Positions 45,901 to 53,494 of a DNA stretch of 64,000 bases are shown in pieces; within the stretch, counting starts at the first letter, position 1; every line of letters begins with the position of its first letter. A program made the position numbers and the translations under genes. Below the pieces are notes generated by a model. It saw only the letters and a program-made list of their open reading frames with translations, was not told the origin of the DNA and ran no database searches. Origin of the DNA: an uncultured Chitinophagaceae bacterium (GTDB taxonomy: Bacteria > Bacteroidota > Bacteroidia > Chitinophagales > LD1); the NCBI GenBank assembly GCA_964537475.1, contig CAZIBY010000001.1:476938-540937 (forward strand). The letters are read 5' to 3'.

Positions 45901-46539
45901 GACCACCAGAAGATCAAGAAGCGTATCGAGGGCTTTGGCGAGATCAACCCGATGGCCGTAGAGGCGTACAATGAGATGAAGGAGCGCTTTGACTTCATCG
46001 TAGCGCAAAAGAAAGACCTCGAGGACGCCAAGACCTCCCTCATGGACACCATCAAGGAGATAGACGACTCGGCCAAGACACAGTTCCTCGACGCCTTCTA
46101 CAAGGTGCGCGAGAGCTTCATCCGCGTCTTCCGCACACTCTTCAGCGAGGAGGACCAGTGCGACCTCTTCCTCACCACGCCTGACGATCCGCTCGAGTCA
46201 CGCATAGAGATCATAGCCAAGCCTAAGGGCAAGCGCCCGACGGTCATAGACCAGCTCAGCGGCGGCGAGAAGACCCTCACAGCCACCGCGCTGCTCTTCT
46301 CCCTATATTTATTGAAGCCGGCACCGTTCTGTATCTTCGATGAGGTAGACGCCCCGCTGGACGACACCAACATCGCCAAGTTCAACAAGATCATCCAGGA
46401 GTTCTCCAAAGACTCCCAGTTCATCATCGTGACGCACAATAAGCAAACCATGTCATCAGTAGAAGCCATCTACGGCGTGACGATGGTGGAGCAGGGTGTG
46501 TCACGAGTAGTACCTGTGAATTTTAGTAGTTTGAATTAG
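43000..46539 (+). CDS. smc: Chromosome segregation protein SMC
   Basis: Walker A GPNGCGKSN, long coiled-coil arms, a central hinge, signature LSGGEKTLTA, Walker B FCIFDEVDAPLD. Confidence 0.97.
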   Translation: MQLTTLEIKGFKSFAEKTTIHFNNNITGIVGPNGCGKSNVVDSIRWVLGEQKTSMLRLEKMENLIFNGTRSRKPSALAEVSLTFENTKNLVSSDYKTITITRRLFRDGESEYRLNDVACRLKDITTLFMDTGVSPDSYAIIELGMVDEILNDRDQSRRKLFEQAAGVSKYKKRKKETVDKLKATDADLERVKDLLFEIEGQLKTLEKQAAKTKKFYELKDEYKNLSLILAKFSLQEYKQSFKDLEARRQTEDDRKLELETAIKTAEAALEKEKLDNVDKEQGLMEVQKKLNALVSGVSERENERNLLNSQLKFAHDKLDTAQKQIIDANDHVEKLKISIEKLDADNATEGAILESRKAELTVLEDALNEIRDHHNKIKESLSSEQKLYAEQERQIFELEKRLAVNRSSTEAFTRELGQSEQDTIAKRNELKELQQQLADYRAEQERSDVRLRTLIEEEESRKEQIAELEQAIEKTRAELTQETRTLDAKRNEYELTKSLVENLEGFPESIKFLKKNAKWSQEAPLLSDILYTSEEYRVAIENYLEPYLNYYVVQNIEEAIMAVKLLSDSAMGRANFFIMDDIQKYEPKQTAAIEGAIPATQIVEFDAAYAKLSSFLLDGVYMIDDSAGFDPEKLNTNGQKVVLLTKTGKYIRRDFSLSGGAVGLFEGKKIGRAKNLEKLKEEIEKLERTTYTLHTKVSDALIKVNGLKAATQGKEIELQRSVLNQVNNRQSATEASIQSLEKFLESSDSKSKNIADRLQALTDEVDLINDQLATLRDAQADAKAALDQTDKEFVDFTNRLSEASAKFNAKNIEFHQQQNRVNTIVQELNFKNSQVESFTTQLTRNNDVIIESQMVIEESQAKLKEIESHLLEGYTNKEAIEKEVAETEKNYYASRGAINEIDANIRELARGRDSINVLIADIAEKFNELKLNLAGLRERLSVEFNVNVNDIINEDLDPKWNRDEIDQDHQKIKKRIEGFGEINPMAVEAYNEMKERFDFIVAQKKDLEDAKTSLMDTIKEIDDSAKTQFLDAFYKVRESFIRVFRTLFSEEDQCDLFLTTPDDPLESRIEIIAKPKGKRPTVIDQLSGGEKTLTATALLFSLYLLKPAPFCIFDEVDAPLDDTNIAKFNKIIQEFSKDSQFIIVTHNKQTMSSVEAIYGVTMVEQGVSRVVPVNFSSLN

Positions 46540-46557
46540 AAATAATATCAACAACCT

Positions 46558-47796
46558 ATGCGATTTAGTTTAAGAACCCGCTCCAATCTTTTTAACTATG
46601 AGAGGATATCAGATTACCTCAAAAGAGATTTTGAAAGAATAAAAGCGAAGATTGACGAAGCGGAAGAAAACTATTTCTTAAAAGTTGATCAACGAGAATA
46701 TGTTGAATATATGGCCGATATAAGTTTAATCGGCTTACCAGAAATCGATTTTGATGAAGTTACTTCAGATAAATATGAGGCAGAAGTACCTGCCGAATAT
46801 TTTCCTGCTAATTACGATGTAGAAGGAGGGAAAACATATAAAAGAACGATAATTCAGTTTTTTATTCCGTGTCAAGGCAACACGGATATGTTGGTATATA
46901 TCCCTAATTCTATGTTCGCTTACACCGGACAATTTCACAAAGAAGGAAGCAATATTATTCTAGAAATTATTGTATTGGATACTAATTCTGATCAAATCAG
47001 GCAACGATACAGCAATGAATTAGTTTCACTTCAATCTTATTATGATCTTCTTATAAAAGACATTAAGAATTATAATAACGAATTAATTGAAGCAATTACT
47101 TCAGTTTTTTTAAAACGGAAAGAAAAGATTACAGTAAGTAATAAGTTTTTAGAATCGATTGGGGTACCATTAAGAAAAAACAAAAATATCCCTTCTACTT
47201 TTTCTGTGCCTAAACCTAAGTTACGTGAAAAGATAATCTTAAAACCTAGCATAAATGAAAAAACATCAGAATCAGAGCCCTCTCTTTCTGCCACCGTATA
47301 TAAGGATATATTAAAGTGTATTAATGACGTTGGCAAAAACTTCGAGCGCATGCCCAGTCTATACCAAAATAAATCCGAAGAAAACTTACGCGACCATATA
47401 TTAATGGTACTTGATCCTAATTTTCAAATGGGCAGCGCAACTGGCGAAACTTTTAATAGATCTGGCAAAACTGATATACAACTTCGATATGATAGCTCCG
47501 TAATATTTATTGCAGAGTGCAAATTTTGGAAAGGAGAAAAGTCATTTCTATTAGCCATAGACCAATTGTTAGGTTATTTAACTTGGAGAGATACAAAAGC
47601 ATCCGTAATTGTTTTTGTTCAACAAAAGGATTTCACTACAGTTTTAGGAAAAATCAAATCTACAGCATCACATCACAGCAACTACTTGAGCTTTGTATCT
47701 ATGTCAGATGAGAATTGGTTTAATTTCAAATTCCACATAAATGATGATAGAAACAGAGAAGTAAATTTGGCAGTCCAGTTATATCATCTACCTTAA
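46558..47796 (+). CDS. Hypothetical 412-aa protein with a C-terminal PD-(D/E)xK-like nuclease motif; candidate stand-alone defence or effector gene
   Basis: Strongly AT-rich (21 G+C in the first 60 nt by hand count) next to the much GC-richer smc. C-terminal ATGETFNRSGKTD(306)IQLRYDSSVIFIAE(320)CK(322)FWKG fits D-x13-E-x-K. The N-terminal 260 aa are unrecognised. Confidence 0.7.
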   Translation: MRFSLRTRSNLFNYERISDYLKRDFERIKAKIDEAEENYFLKVDQREYVEYMADISLIGLPEIDFDEVTSDKYEAEVPAEYFPANYDVEGGKTYKRTIIQFFIPCQGNTDMLVYIPNSMFAYTGQFHKEGSNIILEIIVLDTNSDQIRQRYSNELVSLQSYYDLLIKDIKNYNNELIEAITSVFLKRKEKITVSNKFLESIGVPLRKNKNIPSTFSVPKPKLREKIILKPSINEKTSESEPSLSATVYKDILKCINDVGKNFERMPSLYQNKSEENLRDHILMVLDPNFQMGSATGETFNRSGKTDIQLRYDSSVIFIAECKFWKGEKSFLLAIDQLLGYLTWRDTKASVIVFVQQKDFTTVLGKIKSTASHHSNYLSFVSMSDENWFNFKFHINDDRNREVNLAVQLYHLP

Positions 47797-47805
47797 TAGC
47801 TACCT

Positions 47806-48162
47806 ATGTTTATTACTAAAAAGACCTGCGAAATAGTTGTTAGCTTTTGCAATGAGCAAATTGTTCCAGATTCGAAGTACCATTTATCTATAAAGAAAAC
47901 TGAACATTCAATTGAGTGGTTTAAGCGATATTTTGACTTTATAAAAAACTCAACACTACAACTGCATTTAGCAGATGCGTACTATCAATCTCGGTTTGTT
48001 TATAAACTTATGGCAGGACTGAGACTAACGTCTTTTAAGCGTGGTGCTATGCTAAAGTCCTGCCCTTCCGGAGTTGCACACCCGTCCTTCCGGAGTTGCA
48101 CTCCGGAAGTAACTATTATAGGCATTTGTAATGCCGATAAACAGCCTTCACTCCTGTATTAA
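47806..48162 (+). pseudogene. Probable truncated gene: AT-rich N-terminal ~85 codons fused to read-through of repeat R3
   Basis: Composition changes abruptly at about 48055. The last ~35 codons (CPSGVAHPSFRSCTPEVTIIGICNADKQ...) translate the hairpin repeat, which is also 'translated' at 12789-13061. Confidence 0.4.
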
Positions 48163-48170
48163 TTCGCCCA
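48059..48170. repeat. Hairpin-repeat element R3 (uninterrupted form: two half-copies, cttccggagTTGCActccggaag, ggcatTTGTAatgcc, tail)
   Basis: Hairpins at 48087-48109 and 48121-48135. Homologous to R1+R2 (12112-13054) and R4 (49514-49598). 28 nt, catttgtaatgccgataaacagccttca, are identical to R4. Confidence 0.8.
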
Positions 48171-48207
48171 CTACTTCAAGCGTCCACACTAGAGCCTAAC
48201 CAGAATA

Positions 48208-48666
48208 CTACTCACTCACCGTGCCAGACAGCACCTGCATAGTATCATCCGGCGCAAAGTAGTTGGCCATGCGCATCGAGTCAGGTAGGTAGATCGATAT
48301 TTTGCCACCGTTTACCTTCACTGTAGCGGTCTGTCGTGGTGAGCCCAGCGCCGTGTATTCCTGCGCGGCGTTCATCCATAGGATAGCCACCTGACCTGCA
48401 GCCGTGGGGCCAAAGCCGCTCACTATCGTATAGCTGCCACTCTGCGTCGGGTATCCGTTGTAGAAGTAGAAGCTCAGGTAGGAATGATATACACCCGTAT
48501 CTCCGGTCATCGTGAGTTCGGTCTGCGCCACCGTGCGGTCCGAGCTATGCACCGCATACGTCTGCCCCTGGAAGGTGTATTGATTCACAAACGGCACCAC
48601 AGTCTCTGTTTTCTTGCAGGCAGCCAGCAGCAGCAGGCAGCCGATCACGACCAGTATCCTTTTCAT
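48208..48666 (-). CDS. Hypothetical lipoprotein
   Basis: Lipobox MKRILVVIGCLLLLAACKK. No domain recognised. Confidence 0.6.
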   Translation of the reverse strand: MKRILVVIGCLLLLAACKKTETVVPFVNQYTFQGQTYAVHSSDRTVAQTELTMTGDTGVYHSYLSFYFYNGYPTQSGSYTIVSGFGPTAAGQVAILWMNAAQEYTALGSPRQTATVKVNGGKISIYLPDSMRMANYFAPDDTMQVLSGTVSE

Positions 48667-48743
48667 ATTCTGTATTTGGGATAAATATATACAATGGATA
48701 TGTTAATTATCATCCCCGCTCTACGTAGTCCAAAATAAAAAAT

Positions 48744-48792
48744 GCTGTTCGTAGTCCGAAGGAGGGGATGTGGGTGTGCGACTACGAACCTT
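48744..48792. repeat. REP-like hairpin, left flank of the transposase (gttcgtagtc ... gactacgaac)
   Basis: 10-bp stem at 48747-48756 / 48780-48789 with a 23-nt loop. It is an inverted copy of 49391-49437. Confidence 0.8.
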
Positions 48793-48831
48793 CAATTGCA
48801 CAACTAGCCACCTTCTTGCTACCTTAGCCCC

Positions 48832-49386
48832 ATGCCAGATGGAGGATATAAAATCAGAGATCAAAACGCAGTGCACTACGTCACATTCAGCGTAGTCGAG
48901 TGGGTAGATGTATTCAGCCGGGCAGACTATAGGCATATACTGCTGGACCACATTAGAAAAAGCCAGAAGGATGGCGGCCTGTCCCTTCACGCATGGGTGC
49001 TGATGACCAACCACTTTCATGGCGTCATGTCTGCCAAGGAAGGATTCGCACTGAGCGATATACTGCGCGACATTAAAAAATACTCTGCTACCAATATCAT
49101 CAAAGCCATACAAAACCACGACAAAGAAAGCAGGCAGACATGGATGCTTGACATTTTTGCACAAGCAGGTAGTGACAATGCAAGGAATACTTCCAATCAA
49201 TTCTGGATACAGGACAATCATCCCAAGCACTGCTACAGCCGCGAGTTTACTGAGCAGAAGATCAACTATATCCATCTCAATCCTGTGAGGGCTGAGATCG
49301 TGTCGCGGCCGGAGGATTATCTATACAGCAGTGCTATCGATTATACAGGCCAGAGAGGTTTATTGGATATTGAGTTTTTGTGGTGA
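48832..49386 (+). CDS. IS200/IS605-type Y1 (HUH) transposase, REP-associated tyrosine transposase (RAYT)-like
   Basis: HUH motif in LMTNHFHGVM and the catalytic-Tyr helix KINYIHLNPVRAEIV. The single gene is flanked by inverted hairpins. Confidence 0.85.
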   Translation: MPDGGYKIRDQNAVHYVTFSVVEWVDVFSRADYRHILLDHIRKSQKDGGLSLHAWVLMTNHFHGVMSAKEGFALSDILRDIKKYSATNIIKAIQNHDKESRQTWMLDIFAQAGSDNARNTSNQFWIQDNHPKHCYSREFTEQKINYIHLNPVRAEIVSRPEDYLYSSAIDYTGQRGLLDIEFLW

Positions 49387-49390
49387 GAGT

Positions 49391-49437
49391 AGGTTCGTAG
49401 TCACCACCCGCAAGCCTGCCTTCGGACTACGAACAGC
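49391..49437. repeat. REP-like hairpin, right flank of the transposase
   Basis: ggttcgtagtc (49392-49402) / gactacgaac (49425-49434). The outer ccttcggactacgaacagc is the exact reverse complement of gctgttcgtagtccgaagg at 48744-48762. Confidence 0.8.
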
Positions 49438-49513
49438 CCCCTATGGCGCAAGAATGCAGGGTGGGCTTGCGGTCGGCGTTCTTGTGCCAAACATAGAGCG
49501 CAAATCCATCCAC

Positions 49514-49627
49514 CCCGCCCTTCGAGCTGCACTCCATAAGTCCTACTATAGACATTTGTAATGCCGATAAACAGCCTTCATTACTGTATTAGTTCCGCTG
49601 GTTCCAGCGACCGCGCTTGAACCGCGC
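49514..49627. repeat. Hairpin-repeat element R4 (degenerate first hairpin, conserved tail) plus ggttccagcg-accg-cgcttgaacc hairpin
   Basis: Aligns with 48081-48170 in direct orientation. The hairpin at 49600-49623 belongs to the ggttcaagcg family. Confidence 0.75.
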
Positions 49628-49630
49628 TAG

Positions 49631-49996
49631 CTATTTCCCGCTCACCTTAGCAGGCTCTACCCCACTAGCTTCGCGCCGCTCAGGAGCCGTAGCCCTGCGC
49701 GCACTACCCGCCTTGGTAGGATGCCGCCGGGGAGGTTTGACGCCTTTAGGATTTTTGCGCAACCGTGTGGGGCCATTGTCCTCCTGACTGATAGTAGGGT
49801 CCGGCTGTGTCACGGCGGCAGCATCGGGAGGCACACCATTACTGGGCGCATTGTTTGGGATATAGCCTGCAGGCATCGGCGTACTCGTACCGCCTGATAC
49901 CGGCGCGGCGCTCTCAGAGTGGCCGTCAGACTGTGCCATAACGGCACCACCCAGCAGCAGCGTGAGTGCGGTGAACAGTATTTTGATATGGGGCAT
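49631..49996 (-). CDS. Secreted Pro/Ala/Gly-rich low-complexity protein (hypothetical)
   Basis: Signal peptide MPHIKILFTALTLLLGGAVMAQ followed by a disordered-looking basic tail. Confidence 0.45.
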   Translation of the reverse strand: MPHIKILFTALTLLLGGAVMAQSDGHSESAAPVSGGTSTPMPAGYIPNNAPSNGVPPDAAAVTQPDPTISQEDNGPTRLRKNPKGVKPPRRHPTKAGSARRATAPERREASGVEPAKVSGK

Positions 49997-50053
49997 AGCG
50001 CATGTATTTAGATCACAGCTACTACAAAAGCAATGCCCATCCTCATACTAGCC

Positions 50054-50431
50054 TCACACCGGCGGCTCCCACAGCTCTATCTTATTGCCCTCTATATCCA
50101 GGATGTGGAGGAACTTGCCATACTCTGAGTCTGACACTTCATCGAGTATTGTCACCCCCTCTTCTTTCAGCACTGCGGCCAGTGCCACGAGGTCAGCCAC
50201 GCGGTAGTTCATCATATAGTCCTTGGCAGACGGCTCAAAGTATTTCGTATCCGCCTTGAATGGGGTCCACACCGTGCTCGGTGCCTCCGTATCGCCCTCA
50301 CGCTGCTCAAATACGATCTGCCCGCCCCATTGATTGGACTCTATGCCCAGATGCGTCTTGTACCACTCGCGCACCTTCTCGGGGTCATTGCATTTGAAAA
50401 AGATCCCGCCAAAGCCCGTTACTCTTTTCAT
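50054..50431 (-). CDS. VOC (glyoxalase/bleomycin-resistance/dioxygenase) family protein
   Basis: 125 aa. GGIFFKCNDPEKVREWY...FLHILDIEGNKIELWEP is a typical beta-alpha-beta-beta-beta module pattern. Confidence 0.8.
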   Translation of the reverse strand: MKRVTGFGGIFFKCNDPEKVREWYKTHLGIESNQWGGQIVFEQREGDTEAPSTVWTPFKADTKYFEPSAKDYMMNYRVADLVALAAVLKEEGVTILDEVSDSEYGKFLHILDIEGNKIELWEPPV

Positions 50432-50522
50432 GTCTGTATGGTTTTAGTAGAGTGCTAAAGGTAGGAATGTTTTTCACTCCGTAGCCCGCAGGCCTGGAGG
50501 CAGGATAGCCACACTCGCTATC

Positions 50523-50909
50523 CTATCCCTCATAGTCGTGGTAGTCAGACACGGTGAGGTAGTAGCCATCAGGGTCCCGCAGCGAAAACTCCCTCCTGTT
50601 AGAGTTGCCGTTCAGGTGTATATCGGCCTCCACAGTATAGCCGGCCTGCGCTACGCGCTCCCTCAGCTGCTCCATATCAGGTGTGCGGAGATAGAGTATC
50701 AGGCCGTTGCCGGGTGTGGTGCGTGCATCGGTCATGGTAGGGTGCTCATGCGCACCCCAGAGGTGCAGGCAGAGCATCACCTCACCCTCGCTATCCACCA
50801 GTATATCAAACTCACTGCCTCCGTGCATGCTCCGCCAGCCAAAGGCCGCCTGGTACCACTGAGAGCTGGCCGGTACATCTTTCACAGCTATGATAGGATC
50901 TATTTTCAT
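50523..50909 (-). CDS. VOC (glyoxalase-like) family protein
   Basis: 128 aa. IAVKDVPASSQWY...FSLRDPDGYYLTV. Confidence 0.8.
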   Translation of the reverse strand: MKIDPIIAVKDVPASSQWYQAAFGWRSMHGGSEFDILVDSEGEVMLCLHLWGAHEHPTMTDARTTPGNGLILYLRTPDMEQLRERVAQAGYTVEADIHLNGNSNRREFSLRDPDGYYLTVSDYHDYEG

Positions 50910-50958
50910 GCATCATATTTATGCTGCAATATACAGCGATACGGCGACCAGCCGCAGC

Positions 50959-52143
50959 TCAATAGTCCTTTAGCTTGAGTTTGTCCGTCATGTATTTCCT
51001 AATGAACCAGCCGGAAAAGAATCCCGACAGCACGGCATTGGCAAAAGTATTGCGCAGCCACAGCCCCAGCCGGCTCTGCGGCAGGAAGGAGCTCGCAAAA
51101 CTCTGCGCCAGTTTCTGCTTTTCCTCTATAAATGGTTTGAAGAGCCGCTCATACTCACTGAAGGCCCGCGCGTAGTCACCGCCCGCTGCCTTCAGCTCAC
51201 CGGCCAGCATATAGGCGCCCACCATAGCCAGTGTAGAGCCCTGGCCTGAGAGCAGGGAAGGGCAGTCACAGGCATCGCCCGCCAGTGTCACGCGCCCCTC
51301 AGACCAGTGGTCCATAGCGATCTGGCTCACCGGGTCAAAATAAAAATCGCTCGTGCTATCCATCTGCGCCAGTATCTCAGGGCACCTCCACCCCATCTCT
51401 CCGTACACCTCTCTGATGATCTGCTTTTGCCTCGCGGTATCCCTATGATCATAGACCAGTTTCTCGCGGGAGGTGAAGACCATCAGCACGACCATTTTAT
51501 CAGGTGCGGGCTCGTAGACCATTACCTGCCGGCCCGGTATGGTATAGTTTGAGAAAGGCGGCACATCTGTAAAGATCTTTGGGAAGGTGTACGAGCAGGC
51601 ATAGTAGCCGTAGTACTTTTCAAAATTCTTCTCGGGGCCAAAGGCCAGGCGGCGTACATTGGAGTGCAGGCCGTCCGCGCCCACCACCAGGTCAAACTCA
51701 CGCACCACTCCATTGCTGAGGGTGACCCTGCAGCCGCTGCCATGCTGCGCTATCTCAGTGATCGTAGCGCCAAAGATGAACTCCGTACCGCTATCCAGGT
51801 GGCGGTAGATCACATCTGCCAGGTCGCTGCGCAGCAGCTCAAAGGCTCTATCGCCCAGTAGTGAGCGCACCTTGCGCGTATTGATAGCGCCGAGGCTGCG
51901 GTTATCGCGGTCTACAAAGGTCATCTCATCAAACTCGATCTGCCGCGCGGCCAGGTCTGGTATGATACCCATGCGCTCTGCCACATCATAGCCCACCCCG
52001 GCGAAGTCTATCATATAGCCGCCCTCGCGCAGGCATGGCGCCTGCTCTACGATAGTCGGGGTGAAGCCATGCCGCTGTAGCCAGTAGGCCAGCGCCACGC
52101 CGGCTATACCCGCTCCTGATATGAGTATGTTTTTATTTTGCAT
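50959..52143 (-). CDS. FAD-dependent aromatic-ring monooxygenase/hydroxylase family protein
   Basis: From the ATG at 52143: NILISGAGIAGVALAYWLQRHGF (GxGxxG), GADGLHSNVRR, and LAGDACDCPSLLSGQGSTLAMVGA (DG/GD motifs). Confidence 0.88.
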   Translation of the reverse strand: MQNKNILISGAGIAGVALAYWLQRHGFTPTIVEQAPCLREGGYMIDFAGVGYDVAERMGIIPDLAARQIEFDEMTFVDRDNRSLGAINTRKVRSLLGDRAFELLRSDLADVIYRHLDSGTEFIFGATITEIAQHGSGCRVTLSNGVVREFDLVVGADGLHSNVRRLAFGPEKNFEKYYGYYACSYTFPKIFTDVPPFSNYTIPGRQVMVYEPAPDKMVVLMVFTSREKLVYDHRDTARQKQIIREVYGEMGWRCPEILAQMDSTSDFYFDPVSQIAMDHWSEGRVTLAGDACDCPSLLSGQGSTLAMVGAYMLAGELKAAGGDYARAFSEYERLFKPFIEEKQKLAQSFASSFLPQSRLGLWLRNTFANAVLSGFFSGWFIRKYMTDKLKLKDY

Positions 52144-52377
52144 GGTTATCTTTTTGTAGTGCGTACTTCTATTTTGCCAGCACAAGGTACGCCGCGGCCC
52201 ATGCGCTATCATGGTGCTTTTTACAGCTCTGATGGTTCTATTTATCTATTTGCATGTGTAGTGAAAAAAATTGCATTGATACTCACGGCCCATCGCAGCA
52301 GATCACCATTCGGACCCGATACGGCAGTATCTTTGTACTGCCTGTGATACCGGCTGCTGTACTAAAACGATAACGTA

Positions 52378-53064
52378 ATGGAGCTATACGGGCAAACAAG
52401 CAAAAGCATCCCTCAGAAGGTAGTGATCCATCTCATAGAGCTACTGCTGCTCTATCTGTCCTGGTGGATACTATTCGGCACGGGTGCGGCATGGTGCGCC
52501 GAGCATCTCCACATCGCAGATCATGCCTCTACCGGGCGCAGGATGGTCATTTTCATTTTCAATATTATCATCTTCCTGCGGCTGGCATACATGATGTTCT
52601 TCCTGCTGCGGAGAAAGATAGCCTGGGAGGAGAGCATCAGCGTACCGCTTGCATTTGCGTTGTATTATATCGGCTTCGCACTCTTTGTACTGCCCACGCC
52701 GGGCCAGGTAGATATGACCGGCTATTTTGCCATCTTCCTGTTTGCACTCGGCTGCCTGCTCAATACAGGCGGAGAGGTGCTGCGCGACCGTTGGAAGCGC
52801 CTGCCGCAAAACAAAGGCAGGCTATACACCGGTGGCTTTTTCAGGTATTCGCGGCATATCAATTACTTCGGAGACCTGCTCTGGGTCATAGCCTATGCCA
52901 TCGCCACGCGAAACATCTTCTCTGCTTCGATCCCCATATTCCTGTTTTGCTTTTTTGCCTTCTACAATGCACCTAAGCTGGATCAATACCTGAAAGAAAA
53001 ATACGGCAAGGAGTACGACGACTATGCCGCCCGGACCGCTATGCTCATACCGTTTATTTTCTGA
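52378..53064 (+). CDS. DUF1295 / isoprenylcysteine-carboxyl-methyltransferase-like membrane protein
   Basis: Polytopic, with C-terminal GGFFRYSRHINYFGDLLW. Confidence 0.75.
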   Translation: MELYGQTSKSIPQKVVIHLIELLLLYLSWWILFGTGAAWCAEHLHIADHASTGRRMVIFIFNIIIFLRLAYMMFFLLRRKIAWEESISVPLAFALYYIGFALFVLPTPGQVDMTGYFAIFLFALGCLLNTGGEVLRDRWKRLPQNKGRLYTGGFFRYSRHINYFGDLLWVIAYAIATRNIFSASIPIFLFCFFAFYNAPKLDQYLKEKYGKEYDDYAARTAMLIPFIF

Positions 53065-53076
53065 TCCTGCACCTGC

Positions 53077-53433
53077 TTACTCTTTTATAGATGCCAGTAC
53101 CCAGCCACCTATCCGGTAGCAGAGATATAGCACCGTCACTCCGCTATATACTCTGATCACGGCCAGTGGCAGCGCATACCACTCTACAAATCGCAGCAGA
53201 TATGCCCAGCACATGACCAGCGCAAAAAGCACTAAGTATTTGACCAAAAGCAGCCGCCAGTATTGTTTCACTTTGAGCTTGTAGCCCTCGCCATTGAGGC
53301 CTGACACATTGAGATGCAGGAAGGACGCTACTGTGGGCAGCAGCAGTACGAGCCACCGCTCCCGATTGGTCAGCGGCACCGTAGCCCGCTCTGCCATCAG
53401 TTGTTTGAATGCCTCTGCGCTTTCTTTGCTCAT
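53077..53433 (-). CDS. Hypothetical membrane protein
   Basis: 118 aa with 3 predicted hydrophobic helices. No domain recognised. Confidence 0.45.
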   Translation of the reverse strand: MSKESAEAFKQLMAERATVPLTNRERWLVLLLPTVASFLHLNVSGLNGEGYKLKVKQYWRLLLVKYLVLFALVMCWAYLLRFVEWYALPLAVIRVYSGVTVLYLCYRIGGWVLASIKE

Positions 53434-53494
53434 CGGGGCAAGATACGATTATCTTCACACCATCCGCGCGGACTACTGTGGACGATGGTGGTAC

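Noticed and set aside
43276-46469. Numerous 75-257-aa minus-strand ORFs inside smc
   Set aside because: They are antisense artefacts of the Glu/Lys/Leu-rich coiled-coil coding sequence, and the SMC frame is unambiguous.
48721-49275. 184-aa minus-strand ORF
   Set aside because: It is antisense to the RAYT gene, which has clear HUH and Tyr motifs, and it has no features of its own.
52464-52976. 170-aa alternative-frame ORF overlapping the DUF1295-like gene
   Set aside because: It lies on the same strand in a different frame and gives an Arg/Pro-rich product. The 52378 frame has the membrane topology and the RHINYFGD motif.
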